DNA of 64,000 nt, taken from assembly GCA_040954595.2 (NCBI GenBank), contig CM082590.2, positions 1,798,001 through 1,862,000 of the forward strand, written 5' to 3'. Below the pieces are notes generated by a model. That model did no database searches, was not told the origin of the DNA, and worked only from the letters and a program-made list of their open reading frames with translations. Made by a program: the position numbers and the translations under genes. The DNA is from Balanoglossus misakiensis. Taxonomy: Eukaryota > Animalia > Hemichordata. Positions 62,521-64,000 of the stretch are shown here, one piece after another; position 1 is the stretch's first letter, and every line of letters starts with the position of its first letter.

Positions 62521-63593
62521 GGGAGCATTCGTTTTTTACAGGGAGGGGGGGGGGGGCGGTGGAATTTGAGTCGCCGACTAAATGTAAAAGGCAACCCCCC
62601 CTGGAAATTACTTTTCTAAAATGTGACCCCCCCCCCCCCCAAAAAAAAAAGTTTATCCACCGGATTAAACTTATCAAACTTTGTCAGATATTGGTGTATG
62701 TTCGACATACCACATAATCAACCATGAAACCTAGTTCCTTGATTTCCAAGTAGTGCATTGTCTGCCTGATCTTGTTACGTGAAAGAGTTCATTTTCAATG
62801 TCGCCGCTATCACTTTCTGAGTCACTTTCCGCTGAATCACCTAGTTCAACTATCACTACATGTTCATCTTCTGGTTCACTGTCCTCGTCCAAGTTATCCT
62901 CTTCATCCTCCTGCTCATCCTCCTCTTTTACCTCTGATGGTTTACTCTGAGACTTTCCAGAGTTGTTTGACACAGTTTCCGGCCAATGTGCGCTTCAACT
63001 ATTTTCAGTTTGTCTTTTTTCAGCATCTTTTTCTCTGTTGTCAATTTATGTCTGTTCATTTACATGTCTACTGAACATTGTTTTTATTTTTTAAGTATTT
63101 GTATTCTGTGTTGGGAGACATTGTAAACCGAGAATTGAAGGGGGTGGGTTTGGGAGGGGGTGTCCCCCTCCCACGTAAGAAAATTTTATAAAATACAGAG
63201 CTCAAAGCTGCATTTTAATGAACCCAGCAAAAGCAAATTAACGTCGCCGCTCAAAGTTATCATGGGGTGGGGGCAAGTCCCCTGACCTGGGACACTAGAT
63301 AAACCAGTCAATGATTGAAAGGTGTTGATGAATGGAGGGGGTGGGTGTGGGAGGGGGTGTCCCCCTCCCACATTAGAATTTTTTTTAAAATAAAGGACGC
63401 GAAACTGCATTTTTGTGGACTCAAAATAAATATTTAGCCGTCAAAGTTTTCAAGTCCCCCCCCCCTTTCAGTCCCTATATAATAATCCCTTGATTATAAA
63501 ATTTGTCCCCCCCTAAAAACTGCTTTGTAAAAGTAAACCCCCCCCCCCCTGATTTCCACCGGCCCCCCCTCCCTGTAAAAAACGAATGCTCCC
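62521..63593. mobile_element. 1073-bp PIF/Harbinger-type MITE, TAA TSD
   Basis: taa|gggagcattcgttttttacagggaggggggg ... cccccctccctgtaaaaaacgaatgctccc|taa. The empty site ctgggttaatacaagtcc occurs elsewhere in the array. Confidence 0.92.
62731..63070 (-). pseudogene. Coding fragment (acidic C-terminal tail) carried inside the MITE
   Basis: EEDEQEDEEDNLDEDSEPEDE...HVTRSGRQCTTWKSRN*. The same frame extends upstream with two stops (IDNREKDAEKRQTENS*). Confidence 0.5.
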
Positions 63594-64000
63594 TAATACA
63601 AGTCCAAAAGCACTGAAATTTGACATAGCTAATACAATGGTGACATTGAATGTGATTCTTTGCATTAGGGAAAATGGCGTAGCAAGCCTAATGATGCATC
63701 AGTGTAGATGGTGATCCAAGCTCTGCGCTTTGACATACGTATTTAATGCATATGCATGGGTATTTAATGTTGACTGTAAATCCCTAGGTTAATACATGGC
63801 CATAAGTACTGTAATTTGACATTGCTGATGCTACTGTGATACTAAATCTGATTCTTTGCATCAGGGAAAATGGTGAAGCAGGCTTGATGATGCATCAGGA
63901 TAGATGATGTTTCAAGCCCTTCACATTGACATTGGAATGTAATTCATATGGGGATTTCAAGTTGATTATAAATCCCTTGGTTAATATGTGGCCGAAAGCA

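Larger units (their letters stand above)
54200..64000. repeat. ~192-196-bp satellite with divergent monomer classes and higher-order repeats; runs off the right edge
   Basis: ttaatac(g/a)tggcc starts at 54241, 54433, 54629 and onward. The rare variant ctgggttaatacaagtcc occurs at 55381, 58264 and 60189. Confidence 0.95.

Overview
This is eukaryotic DNA, AT-rich and dominated by repeats. It probably comes from a marine invertebrate; the repeat families suggest a hemichordate or echinoderm, which is inference. No prokaryotic operons, CRISPR arrays or RNA genes were seen. (1) 1-13.8 kb is a deeply nested transposon stack. A decayed AcademX-type DNA transposon (DDE-like core, XPG/FEN1 nuclease, Cys8 finger) unusually carries an OTU cysteine-protease domain inside its transposase core. 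It is interrupted by a near-intact CR1/L2-group LINE, a Transib-like MITE with a 5-bp TSD, a Helentron-like fragment and an L2 fragment. (2) 13.8-18 kb holds host-gene pieces: a broken EGF exon and two polyQ exons resembling the 3' end of MED25, with an in-frame TAA-CTAG stop. (3) 18-28.7 kb contains MITEs, a probable solo LTR and nested non-autonomous elements. (4) 28.8-51.2 kb is a ~0.75-0.9 kb tandem unit whose 116-bp sub-segment has expanded into a ~16 kb satellite, split by a truncated LINE into two differently homogenised halves. (5) 54.2-64 kb is a ~192-196-bp satellite with higher-order repeats. It contains two Harbinger-type MITEs that have different TIRs but share an internal core. 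All calls come from reading the sequence by eye; no searches were run.
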